Below, piece by piece: positions 7,205-15,955 of a DNA stretch of 56,494 bases. This DNA comes from an uncultured Mycobacteriaceae bacterium (GTDB lineage: Bacteria > Pseudomonadota > Alphaproteobacteria > DSM-16000 > Inquilinaceae), in contig CAZTNV010000001.1 of assembly GCA_964615535.1 (NCBI GenBank), positions 3,012 through 59,505 on the forward strand, written 5' to 3'. The notes under the pieces are model-generated. The model did not search any database. It had not been told where the DNA came from and was given only the letters and a program-made list of their open reading frames with translations. A program made the position numbers and the translations under genes. Position 1 is the stretch's first letter; each line of letters opens with the position of its first letter.

Positions 7205-10180
7205 ATGACCGGAGCGCGCAAGGCCAATCCGATGCTGACCCGACTGGTCCCGGATGGCGGGGAGCGCCGGCTGTGGCGGAGCCCGGAAGAGCTGGCCGGG
7301 GCGCCGGAGGTCCGGCGGTTCCTGGATGCCGAGTTCCCCTATCTGGCCGAGGCGGCGCCGATCGACCGGCGCGGGCTGCTGCGGCTGATGGGCGCGTCGC
7401 TGGCGCTGGCCGGGCTGGCCGGCTGCGACGGACCGGCGCCCGGCACGGTGGTCTCGCGGAGCCGCGGCGAGCCGGGATACCAGCCGGGCGTGCCGCTGAC
7501 CTTCGCCACCGCGATCGAGCCGGGCGGCGACGCGCTGGGGGTGCTGGTCGAGAGCCAGGACGGCCGGCCGGTCAAGATCGAGGGCAATCCGCTGCACCCC
7601 GCCAGCCTGGGCGCCACCGACGCCTTCGCCCAGGCGGAAATCCTGACCTTCTGGGACCCCCACCGGGCCGGCGGGCCGCGCGAGCAGGGGCAGCGCCGGT
7701 CCTGGGCCGAATTCGAGCATGCGCTGGCCGCGGAGCGCCGGACCCTGCTGGAGCGCGGCGGCGAGGGGCTGCGGCTGCTGACCGGCACGGTCGCCTCGCC
7801 AACCCTGGCGGTGCAGATCGCCCTGCTGCGCGACGCCTTCCCGGCGGCACGCTGGCACGGTTACCAGCCGATCCACGACGACAATGCCGATGCCGGTGCG
7901 CTGCGGGCGTTCGGCCGGCCGGTCGACACCCGCTACGATCTCACGCAAGCGAGCGTCATCCTGGCGCTCGACGCCGATATCTTCGGCAGCGGGCCCGGCC
8001 ATGTCCGCTACGCCCATGATTTCGCCCTGGCGCGGCGGGTCGAGGGTGCCGACCGTCCGCCGGTCAGGCTCTATGCGGTGGAAAGCTCGCCCGGCCTGAC
8101 CGGCGCGCGCGCCGATCACCGCATCGTCCTGCCGCCGGGCGCGATCGAGCCGTTCGCCCGCGCGGTGGCCGCGGCGCTGGGCCTCGGCGGCGCGGGCGCC
8201 GACCCCGGCCCGGCCGCGCACCTGCCGACGGCGCTGGCCGCCGATCTCCGCCGGGCCGGGCCGGGCGCGCTGGTCATCGCCGGACGGCAGCAGCCCGCCG
8301 CCGTCCATGCCCTGGCCCATGTCCTGAACCATCGGCTGGGCGCGGTCGGCAGCACCGTGATCCACACCGAACCGGTCGCCGCCCTGCCCGACGGTCCCGG
8401 GCCGGTCGATCAGACCGGGTCGATCCGTGCCCTGGCGGCCGACATGGCGGCGGGGGCGGTGAGCCATCTGCTCATCCTGGACGGCAACCCGGCCTATGAC
8501 GCCCCGGCCGATCTGGAGTTCGCCCGGCTGCTGGATCAGGTGCCGTTCGCCGTGCATCTCGGGCTGTACCGGGACGAAACCTCGCTGCGCTGCCGCTGGC
8601 ACCTGCCGCTGGCCCATGCCCTGGAGAGCTGGGGCGATGTGCGGGCGTTCGACGGCACGATCACGATCCGGCAGCCGGTGACGATGCCGCTGTTCGGCGG
8701 CCGGTCGGAGCACGAGCTGCTGGCGCTGCTGGTGGGCGTGCCGGCCGACGGCCATGCCATCCTGCGCGCCGCCTGGCAGCATCGGATGGGCGGGGAGGGG
8801 CCGGATTTCGAGGCGCAATGGCGGCGCGCGCTGCATGACGGGGTGGTCGAGGGCAGCGCCCTGCCGCCGCTGCCGGTGACCCCGATGCCGGACTGGGACC
8901 CCGGACCCGCCGCATTGCCGCCGGTCGGTGCGGGCGAGCTGGCGACCCTGTTCGCCCCCGATCCGGCGATGTGGGACGGGCGCTACGCCAACAATGCCTG
9001 GCTTCAGGAACTGCCCAAGCCGCTGACCAAACTGACCTGGGACAATGCCGTGCTGATCGCGCCGGCAACCGCGGCACGGCTGGCGCTCGGCACCGGCGAG
9101 GTGGCGGAAGTGACCCTGGCCGGGCGGGCGATCGAAGGGCCGGTATTCGTGCTGCCCGGCCATGCCCCGGACACCATAACCCTGCCGCTGGGCTATGGCC
9201 GCCGCGCGGCCGGGCCGGTCGGCACCGGGGTCGGGTTCGACGCCTACCGGCTGCGCCGGTCCGACCGGCCCTGGCTGGGCGGCGGCGCCACGCTCCGCGC
9301 CACCGGCCGGCGGGTCGATCTGGCAACCACCCAGCACCACCACGGCATGGCCGGGCGCGATCTGGTGCGCCGCGCGACTCTGGCCGCGTTCCTGGCCGAT
9401 CCGGGGTTCGCCCGGACGGCGGCCGAGGAGCCGCCCTCGATCTATCCGGATTACGCCTATGCCGGCAACGCCTGGGGCATGACGATCGACCAGAACCTCT
9501 GCACCGGCTGCAATGCCTGCGTCGTCGCCTGCCAAGCCGAGAACAACGTGCCGGTGGTCGGCAAGGCCGAGGTGCTGCGCGGCCGGGAGATGCACTGGCT
9601 GCGGATCGACCGCTACTACGCCGGACCGACCGGGAATCCCGCGACCTTTTTCCAGCCGATGCTGTGCCAGCACTGCGAAAAGGCGCCCTGCGAGCCGGTC
9701 TGCCCGGTCGCCGCCACGGTGCATTCCGCCGAGGGCCTCAACGACATGGTCTATAATCGCTGCATCGGCACCCGCTACTGCTCGAACAACTGCCCGTACA
9801 AGGTCCGGCGGTTCAACTGGTTCGACTATCGCACCGGGCCGGCGGCGCGGCCGGCCGAGGCGTACAATCCCGACGTGACCGTGCGGGTGCGCGGCGTGAT
9901 GGAGAAATGCACCTACTGCGTCCAGCGGATCAGTGCCGCGCGGATCGCGGCCAAGCTGGAAAACCGGCCGATCCGCGACGGCGAGGTGGTGACCGCCTGC
10001 CAGCAGGCCTGCCCCAGCCGCGCCATCACGTTCGGCAATCTCAACGATCCCGACAGCGCGGTGGCGCGGCTGAAGGCCAGCCCGCGCAATTACGCCGTGC
10101 TGGGCGAGATCAACACCCGCCCGCGCACCACTTACCTCGCCCGGATCGACCATCCCAACCCCGATTTCGGGACCGGATGA
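7205..10180 (+). CDS. actB: Alternative complex III subunit ActB (molybdopterin-oxidoreductase-like domain fused to 4Fe-4S ferredoxin domain)
   Basis: TAT-like RRGLLRLMGASLALAGLAGC. The C-terminal part carries Fe-S clusters: CTGCNACVVACQAEN, CQHCEKAPCEPVCP, CIGTRYCSNNCPYKVR. ATG at 7205 lies 3 nt after the actA stop; 7232 is an alternative. Confidence 0.9.
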   Translation: MTGARKANPMLTRLVPDGGERRLWRSPEELAGAPEVRRFLDAEFPYLAEAAPIDRRGLLRLMGASLALAGLAGCDGPAPGTVVSRSRGEPGYQPGVPLTFATAIEPGGDALGVLVESQDGRPVKIEGNPLHPASLGATDAFAQAEILTFWDPHRAGGPREQGQRRSWAEFEHALAAERRTLLERGGEGLRLLTGTVASPTLAVQIALLRDAFPAARWHGYQPIHDDNADAGALRAFGRPVDTRYDLTQASVILALDADIFGSGPGHVRYAHDFALARRVEGADRPPVRLYAVESSPGLTGARADHRIVLPPGAIEPFARAVAAALGLGGAGADPGPAAHLPTALAADLRRAGPGALVIAGRQQPAAVHALAHVLNHRLGAVGSTVIHTEPVAALPDGPGPVDQTGSIRALAADMAAGAVSHLLILDGNPAYDAPADLEFARLLDQVPFAVHLGLYRDETSLRCRWHLPLAHALESWGDVRAFDGTITIRQPVTMPLFGGRSEHELLALLVGVPADGHAILRAAWQHRMGGEGPDFEAQWRRALHDGVVEGSALPPLPVTPMPDWDPGPAALPPVGAGELATLFAPDPAMWDGRYANNAWLQELPKPLTKLTWDNAVLIAPATAARLALGTGEVAEVTLAGRAIEGPVFVLPGHAPDTITLPLGYGRRAAGPVGTGVGFDAYRLRRSDRPWLGGGATLRATGRRVDLATTQHHHGMAGRDLVRRATLAAFLADPGFARTAAEEPPSIYPDYAYAGNAWGMTIDQNLCTGCNACVVACQAENNVPVVGKAEVLRGREMHWLRIDRYYAGPTGNPATFFQPMLCQHCEKAPCEPVCPVAATVHSAEGLNDMVYNRCIGTRYCSNNCPYKVRRFNWFDYRTGPAARPAEAYNPDVTVRVRGVMEKCTYCVQRISAARIAAKLENRPIRDGEVVTACQQACPSRAITFGNLNDPDSAVARLKASPRNYAVLGEINTRPRTTYLARIDHPNPDFGTG

Positions 10181-10183
10181 GCC

Positions 10184-11533
10184 ATGGCCGCGGCGCGCCG
10201 TCCCACTCGTCCCCGGATCGCCGGCCCGGCACAGGCCACCGGCCCGATCGGCGACGTGGTGCTGGAGCAGCGCTTCGGCTGGAAATGGACCCTGGCCTTC
10301 GCGGGTGCGGTCGGGCTGGTGGTGCTGTTCATCTATGCCGTGGTGGTGCTGGTCGCGGTCGGCGTCGGGGTGTGGGGAACCAACATCCCGTTCGTCTGGG
10401 GCTTCGACATCATCAACTATGTCTGGTGGATCGGCATCGCCAATGCCGCCAGCCTGCTGGCCGCGGCGCTGCTGCTGCGGCGGACGCCGTGGCGGACCTC
10501 GATCAACCGCTATGCCGAGGCGGTGGCGCTGTTCGCGGTGATCTGCGCCGGGCTGTTTCCGATCCTGCATCTCGGCCGGCCCTGGCTGTTCTACTGGGTG
10601 TTCCCCTATCCCACCAGCTTCGGCGTCTGGCCGCAGTTCCGCACGCCGCTGACCTGGGATTTCTTCGCCATCCTGACCCATCTGATCGCCACCGCGGCGT
10701 TCTGGTACACCGGGCTGATCCCCGATCTGGCGATCCTGCGCGACCGCGCGCGGCGGGTCTGGGCCCGGCGGATTTTCGGCGTGCTGGCGCTGGGCTGGCG
10801 CGGCTCGGCGCGGCACTGGTTCCACCACCAGACCGCCTATCACATCCTGGCCGGGCTGATGCTGCCGCTGGTGGTGTTCATGCAGAGCACCGTGTCGTTG
10901 GAGTTCGCCGTCACCCTGGTGCCGGACTGGCACCAGACCCGGCTGCCGGCCTGGTTCGTGATCAGCGGGCTGATGTCGGGACTGGCCATGGTGCTGCTGG
11001 TCGCGCTGATCCTGCGCGCCGCCCTGCGCCTGCACGCCTTCATCACGCCGGGCCAGATCGACGCGATGTGCTGGCTGCTGCTCGCAAGCGGGCTGGTGAC
11101 CGGCTATTCCTATGCCTACGAGGCGTTCATGTCGTGGTATGGCGGCGACGCCTTCCAGCAGGCCGCCCTGATCGGGCGCGCCACCGGCACCTTCGCCCCG
11201 ATCTACTGGGGCGCCATCCTGTGCACCTTCGGGGCAGTGCAGGCGCTGTGGTTCCGGGCGGTCCGGCGCAGCTTCTGGATGCTGGGCGCGGTCGCGGTGC
11301 TGATCAACATCGGCGTCTGGCTCGACCGGTTCTCGATCGTGGTGATCGGGATGTGCCGCGACTATCTGCCGTCGATCTGGCGGGACTACCAGGCCAGCCT
11401 CTGGGAATGGGCGCTGCTGTTCGGCACGATCGGCCTGTTCCTGACCCTAATGCTGCTGTTCATGCGGTTCGTGCCGGTCATCGCCATGTCCGAGATCAAG
11501 CATGTCGGCTCGCCGCGGGATCACGCGTCATGA
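10184..11533 (+). CDS. actC: Alternative complex III subunit ActC (NrfD/PsrC-like quinol-binding membrane subunit)
   Basis: NIPFVWGFDIINYVWWIGIANAASL is the NrfD family signature. Polytopic membrane protein positioned directly after actB. Confidence 0.9.
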   Translation: MAAARRPTRPRIAGPAQATGPIGDVVLEQRFGWKWTLAFAGAVGLVVLFIYAVVVLVAVGVGVWGTNIPFVWGFDIINYVWWIGIANAASLLAAALLLRRTPWRTSINRYAEAVALFAVICAGLFPILHLGRPWLFYWVFPYPTSFGVWPQFRTPLTWDFFAILTHLIATAAFWYTGLIPDLAILRDRARRVWARRIFGVLALGWRGSARHWFHHQTAYHILAGLMLPLVVFMQSTVSLEFAVTLVPDWHQTRLPAWFVISGLMSGLAMVLLVALILRAALRLHAFITPGQIDAMCWLLLASGLVTGYSYAYEAFMSWYGGDAFQQAALIGRATGTFAPIYWGAILCTFGAVQALWFRAVRRSFWMLGAVAVLINIGVWLDRFSIVVIGMCRDYLPSIWRDYQASLWEWALLFGTIGLFLTLMLLFMRFVPVIAMSEIKHVGSPRDHAS

Positions 11534-12078
11534 CCGACGCGCCGCGCCCCTTTGGCCTGGTCGCCGAGTTCGACACCGCCGATGGCCTGCTCGCGGCGGC
11601 GCGCCGCGTCCATGCCGCGGGGTTCCGCCGGTTCGACGCGTTCAGCCCGGTGCCGGTCGAGGGGCTGGCCGAACTGGTCGGCGAGCGCGCGCACTGGCTG
11701 ACGCCGATCGCGGCGGCGGGCGGGATGCTGGCGGCGGCGGGCGGCCTGCTGCTGCAGTACTGGATCTCGGCGATCGACTATCCGCTCAACGTCGGGGGCC
11801 GGCCGCTGGCGAGCTGGCCGGCCTTCGTTCCGGTCACCGTGATCCTGGCGATCCTGGGCGCGTCGGTGGCCGCGTTCCTCGGCATGCTGGCCCTCAACCG
11901 GCTGCCGGCGCTGTACCATCCCGTGTTCGACGCGCCGGATTTCCACCGCGCCAGCGAGGACCGGTTCTTCCTGCTGATCCGCACCGACGACCCGGTATTC
12001 GAGGAGGACGCCGCCCGCCGCCTGCTGGCCCGGCAGGCGCCGGTGCGGCTGAGCCTGGTAGGGGAGGCGGCGCCGTGA
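11530..12078 (+). CDS. actD: Alternative complex III subunit ActD (DUF3341)
   Basis: MTDAPRPFGLVAEFDTADGLLAAARRVHAAGFRRFDAFSPVPVEGL followed by two TM helices. ATGA overlap with the actC stop. Confidence 0.85.
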   Translation: MTDAPRPFGLVAEFDTADGLLAAARRVHAAGFRRFDAFSPVPVEGLAELVGERAHWLTPIAAAGGMLAAAGGLLLQYWISAIDYPLNVGGRPLASWPAFVPVTVILAILGASVAAFLGMLALNRLPALYHPVFDAPDFHRASEDRFFLLIRTDDPVFEEDAARRLLARQAPVRLSLVGEAAP

Positions 12079-12596
12079 CCGGCCGGCTCGCGGCGGCGGC
12101 GCTGGCGCTGCTGCTGGCGGCGTGCGACGACAACATGGCCCGCCAGCCGGGCGTCGCCTTCGACGACCCGGCCGCCGTGCCGCGCGCCCCGATCCCGCCC
12201 GGCGCCGTGCCGCGCGGCGCGCTGGACCGCGCCGCCGCCCTTGCCGGACCGGCCGCGCCGCTCGACGCGGCGGCGCTGCGGCGCGGGCAGGAGCGCTATG
12301 CCATCCATTGCGCACCCTGTCACGGCATCGCCGGTTATGGCGACGGCATGGTCGTCCGCCACGGCTTCCCGCCGCCGCCCTCGTTCCACGACGAGGCGCG
12401 GCGCGGGATCGCCATGCGCCGCGTGGTCGAAGTGATCACCAGCGGCCAGGGCCTGATGTTTCCTTACGCCGACTGGGTGGAGCCGGCGGATCGCTGGGCG
12501 ATCGCCGGCTATGTCCGCGCGCTGCAGATCAGCCAGGGCGCCCCGCCGGAACTGGTGCCGCCGGAGGATCGCGCCCGGCTGGGGCGGCGGCCATGA
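12075..12596 (+). CDS. actE: Alternative complex III subunit ActE (monoheme cytochrome c lipoprotein)
   Basis: GTG start overlaps the actD stop (GTGA). Lipobox LLLAAC, single heme motif CAPCHG, and RWAIAGYVRALQ at the C-terminus. Confidence 0.85.
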   Translation: MTGRLAAAALALLLAACDDNMARQPGVAFDDPAAVPRAPIPPGAVPRGALDRAAALAGPAAPLDAAALRRGQERYAIHCAPCHGIAGYGDGMVVRHGFPPPPSFHDEARRGIAMRRVVEVITSGQGLMFPYADWVEPADRWAIAGYVRALQISQGAPPELVPPEDRARLGRRP

Positions 12597-13627
12597 GCCG
12601 ACCCCCCGCAGCCGCGGCGGTCGCGGCGCTGGCGCTGGCCGCGGCGGCGGCCGGCGGGCTGGTCGAACCGCGGGCCTTCTTCGCCGCCTGGCTGGGGGCG
12701 TTCCTGCTGTGGACCGGGCTCGGACTCGGCGCGCTGGCGCTGCTGATGATCGGCCATCTGCTGGACGAGCTCTGGCTGGCGCCGGTCCGTACCGAGCTGG
12801 AGGGGATGGCGCGGAGCCTGCCGCTGGCGGCGCTGTTCAGCGTGCCGCTGGCGTTCGGCCTGGGCGAGCTCTATCCCTGGGCAGGTGCGCCGGCGGTCGC
12901 GCCCGATCCGATCCCGGCGGCGCGCGCCGCCTGGCTGGCGCCGGCCTTCGTGCTGGCACGCAGCGCGCTCTACCTGATCCTGTGGAGCACCCTTGCCCTG
13001 ATCGTCACCCGGCCGGGCAGCCGGCACCGGACGGCAAGTGCGGTCGGCCTGATCCTGCTGGTGCCGACGGTGACTCTGGCCTCGCTGGACTGGATCATGT
13101 CGCTCGACCCGCGCTGGCTGTCCAGCCTGTTCGGCCTGGCCTTCGGGATGACCCAGATGGTCGCGGCGCTGGCCCTGGCGGTCCTGCTGGCGCTGCGGCG
13201 CGCCCATCCGGAACCGCCGCACCATCTGGAAACCCTGACCAAGGTCCTGCTGTGGCTGGCGCTGGGCGCGGCCCATCTGTGGTTCGCGCAATACCTGATC
13301 GTGTGGTCGGCCAATCTGCCCCATGAGGTCTCGTGGTATCTGCTGCGCGGCGACGGCTGGGCCTGGGCCAAGCTGGGCTTCGTGGTGCCGGCAACGACGG
13401 CGGCGCTGGTCCTGCTGCTGCCGCACCGCATCCGGCGGCTGCGCACCGGCCTGGCCGCGGTCCTGCTGCTGGCCCAGCACGCCGTCCACATGGCCTGGCT
13501 GGTCCGCCCCGACCTCGCAACACCGCCCGTAAGCTGGCTCGATCCGCTGGTGGCGATCGGCCTGTTCGGGCTGTGGGCCGCCCTGGCCCCGGCCATGCTG
13601 CCGCGGCGGGAGACGGGCGAGGCTTGA
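12593..13627 (+). CDS. actF: Alternative complex III subunit ActF (membrane subunit)
   Basis: Polytopic membrane protein. ATGA overlap with the actE stop and last position in the act operon. Confidence 0.75.
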   Translation: MSRPPAAAAVAALALAAAAAGGLVEPRAFFAAWLGAFLLWTGLGLGALALLMIGHLLDELWLAPVRTELEGMARSLPLAALFSVPLAFGLGELYPWAGAPAVAPDPIPAARAAWLAPAFVLARSALYLILWSTLALIVTRPGSRHRTASAVGLILLVPTVTLASLDWIMSLDPRWLSSLFGLAFGMTQMVAALALAVLLALRRAHPEPPHHLETLTKVLLWLALGAAHLWFAQYLIVWSANLPHEVSWYLLRGDGWAWAKLGFVVPATTAALVLLLPHRIRRLRTGLAAVLLLAQHAVHMAWLVRPDLATPPVSWLDPLVAIGLFGLWAALAPAMLPRRETGEA

Positions 13628-13657
13628 GCGGGGACGCAGGCGCGCCGTGATCTCTCC

Positions 13658-14263
13658 TCAGAATCCCCCCGCCGGCGCGGCGGCTTGGGGCGCCGTCAGC
13701 AGTTCGATCGCACGGTCGATCGGGATGCGCGATGCGGTGCCCTCGGGGCCGACCGGGCCGGAAGAGCGCAGCAGCCGCTCCTGCGCCGCCAGGTACTCCG
13801 CCAGATGTTCGGGCGGGGCCAGCGGGGCACCCAGCACGACCTGCGGCTCCCAGGCGCCCTCGGCGCCCAGCGTGTAGAGATAGGCGGCCATGTCGCGGGC
13901 GTCCGCCGCGGTCACGCCGACCGCCGGCATCGCCGTGCCCGGCACCAGGGCTGGCGGGTCGAGAATCCAGGCGACCAGCGCCGGCGGCCGGTTGGGCAGA
14001 TGCCCGGCGATGTAGCCGCGCCGGGCATAATCGTCCAGCGGTGGCCCGACCCAGCTATAGGGGCCGCGCACGCCGGGGATGACATGGCAGCCGGTGCAGC
14101 CATGGGCCGCCATCGCCGCCCGGCCGCGCTCCGGATCGCCGCCCGGCACCGCCAGTTCCGGCGGCGGACCGCGGGGTTCGTCGCACGCCCCGAGCAGCGC
14201 CCCGGCCAGCGCGGCCGCGGCGATCCGGCCGGCGAAACCGCGGCGGCGTCCCGGCCCGGCCAT
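13658..14263 (-). CDS. c-type cytochrome lipoprotein with about 70 aa C-terminal extension
   Basis: MAGPGRRRGFAGRIAAAALAGALLGAC (lipobox), heme motif CTGCHVIPGV, axial-Met region PGTAMP. It is a paralogue of the 18612..19019 gene and converges on actF. Confidence 0.75.
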   Translation of the reverse strand: MAGPGRRRGFAGRIAAAALAGALLGACDEPRGPPPELAVPGGDPERGRAAMAAHGCTGCHVIPGVRGPYSWVGPPLDDYARRGYIAGHLPNRPPALVAWILDPPALVPGTAMPAVGVTAADARDMAAYLYTLGAEGAWEPQVVLGAPLAPPEHLAEYLAAQERLLRSSGPVGPEGTASRIPIDRAIELLTAPQAAAPAGGF

Positions 14264-14516
14264 TGCGGGCGGCTCAGCGCCGGGCCGGCGGCCGGACGCG
14301 CATCGCGGCGCGCCCGACCCGACCGGCGTCGGCGATATCGACCAAAAGCTCCACGCCAGAAACGTCCCCGCCCCGCCCGGCAGTCCGGCCCCGCTGCGGG
14401 CCGCGATCTCGTCGCCGACCGGCAGGCCGACGGCAACCGGCAGGTCGATGGCACAGGGGACCATCCATCGAAACACCCGACTCGCGGCGATGCCGCCGCC
14501 CGGCAAGGCTGCGGCA

Positions 14517-14539
14517 CCGATTGACCGCCCGATTGACCG
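14517..14539. repeat. Direct repeat CCGATTGACCG x2 (12 bp period) in a divergent intergenic region
   Basis: ccgattgaccg c ccgattgaccg read directly. Each copy contains a TTGACC (-35-like) hexamer. Confidence 0.6.
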
Positions 14540-14841
14540 ACTGACTGTTCAATCCATCCGGAAGGGGATCGGTTCCCTTGCAGCGGCGGTTCGTGCGACG
14601 GCGATCAAGCCGGAGCGGCCGGGCGGCCCGTTGCGCCCCGTCGGTATACGGTCCCTCCTGGTCCGGCCAGACGGCCCCATCGACGAGTTCCGGAACCTAA
14701 TCCGCGCCGGGCCGTTTGGCTGGTTGACATGTCGAATCCCGCCTCGTCCCCGCCGGGGCAAAGCCGCAGATTGGCCGCCCCATGGCCTTGCCGACGGGAT
14801 GCCGCGACCGGCAAGGCGTGCGACGGTGTCGGGAGGCAGTC

Positions 14842-15195
14842 GTGCAGATCCTGGTCATCACTCTGCTGTCGTTCGGTCTCGCGGTCGGGCTCTGGAGCAT
14901 CGGGCCGGGTCCGGCCCTGGCCCAGGGCACCGGGACGCCGTCGGCCGCGACCGATGCGACCGGCGACGACGCGCCCGGAGACGACGCGCGCGGGGAGGTC
15001 GCGGTCGGTGCCGGAACCACCGCCGAGACCACCACCGGGAGCAGCGGGCGCGGCGCCGGGCCGGGCGATGCGGCCGGAGCGGACTCCGGCGCCATCGGGG
15101 CCGCGGAGGATGATCGCGCCGAAGGTCCGGACGCGGCGGGGCGCGACCCGGCGCCCGGCGGCGATCCGCCCCGCAGTGCCGGCCAGCCGCGCTGA
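14842..15195 (+). CDS. Hypothetical small secreted acidic low-complexity protein
   Basis: GTG preceded by GGGAGG 5 nt upstream. Signal-peptide-like VQILVITLLSFGLAVGLWSIGPGPALAQG, and high third-position GC in this frame. No recognisable family. Confidence 0.4.
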   Translation: MQILVITLLSFGLAVGLWSIGPGPALAQGTGTPSAATDATGDDAPGDDARGEVAVGAGTTAETTTGSSGRGAGPGDAAGADSGAIGAAEDDRAEGPDAAGRDPAPGGDPPRSAGQPR

Positions 15196-15252
15196 CCCGG
15201 CCGTGCCGGCCCGGCACGCCTTTCCCCAAAGACCCGCCCCCGAGGACCCGTA

Positions 15253-15951
15253 ATGACCGAACGCCTGTCCCGACGCTGGTTCTTCCGCACGGCCGCCGCG
15301 GCCGGCGCCGCCGCGACGCTGCCCGCGGCGGCACAGGTTCCCGGACCGCCCCTCGATCCGGCAATCCGGCCGCCGCCCCGCTTCTTCTTCACCGGGCCGG
15401 AAGCCGGGTTCGTCACCGCCGCGGTCGACCGACTGATCCCGGCGGACGACTGGCCGAGCGCGTCCGAGGCCGGCGTGGTCGAGTACATCGACCGCCAGCT
15501 TGCCGGCGCCTACGGTGCCGGCGCCCGGCTCTACCGTCAGGGCCCCTGGCGCACCGGCACCCCGCGCCAGGGCTACCAGCTCCCCTTCACCCCCGCCCAG
15601 CTCTATCGCACCGCGATCGAGGGCATCGAGCGGGCGCTCGGCGGCGAGCTGGCCGCCCGGCCGGAGGACGAGCAGGACGCCATCCTGCGCGCCCTGGAGA
15701 GCGGCGACTTCCGGCTGGACGCGCCGCCCGCCGCGGTGTTCTTCGAGACCCTGCTGGCCAACACGATCGAGGGCTGGTTCGCCGATCCGGCCCATGGCGG
15801 CAACCGCGACATGGCCGGCTGGCGCATGGTCGGCTTCCCCGGCGCCTACGCCCAGTTCGCACCCTTCGTCGAGCATCACGGCATGCGGTTCGACCGGCCG
15901 CCGATGGGTTTCGCGACCGCGCCCGACCATCACCATCATCACCACGAGTAG
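15253..15951 (+). CDS. Gluconate 2-dehydrogenase subunit 3 (gamma) family protein, TAT-exported small subunit
   Basis: Twin-arginine signal SRRWFFRTAAAAGAAATLPAAA. FFETLLANTIEGWFADPAHGGNRDMAGW is the family signature. The protein ends in DHHHHHHE. Confidence 0.8.
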   Translation: MTERLSRRWFFRTAAAAGAAATLPAAAQVPGPPLDPAIRPPPRFFFTGPEAGFVTAAVDRLIPADDWPSASEAGVVEYIDRQLAGAYGAGARLYRQGPWRTGTPRQGYQLPFTPAQLYRTAIEGIERALGGELAARPEDEQDAILRALESGDFRLDAPPAAVFFETLLANTIEGWFADPAHGGNRDMAGWRMVGFPGAYAQFAPFVEHHGMRFDRPPMGFATAPDHHHHHHE

Positions 15952-15955
15952 CGCG

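Noticed and set aside
7199-11035. 1278 aa minus-strand ORF across actB/actC
   Set aside because: It is antisense to unmistakable ActB/ActC frames, its composition is low-complexity, and it has no recognisable domain.
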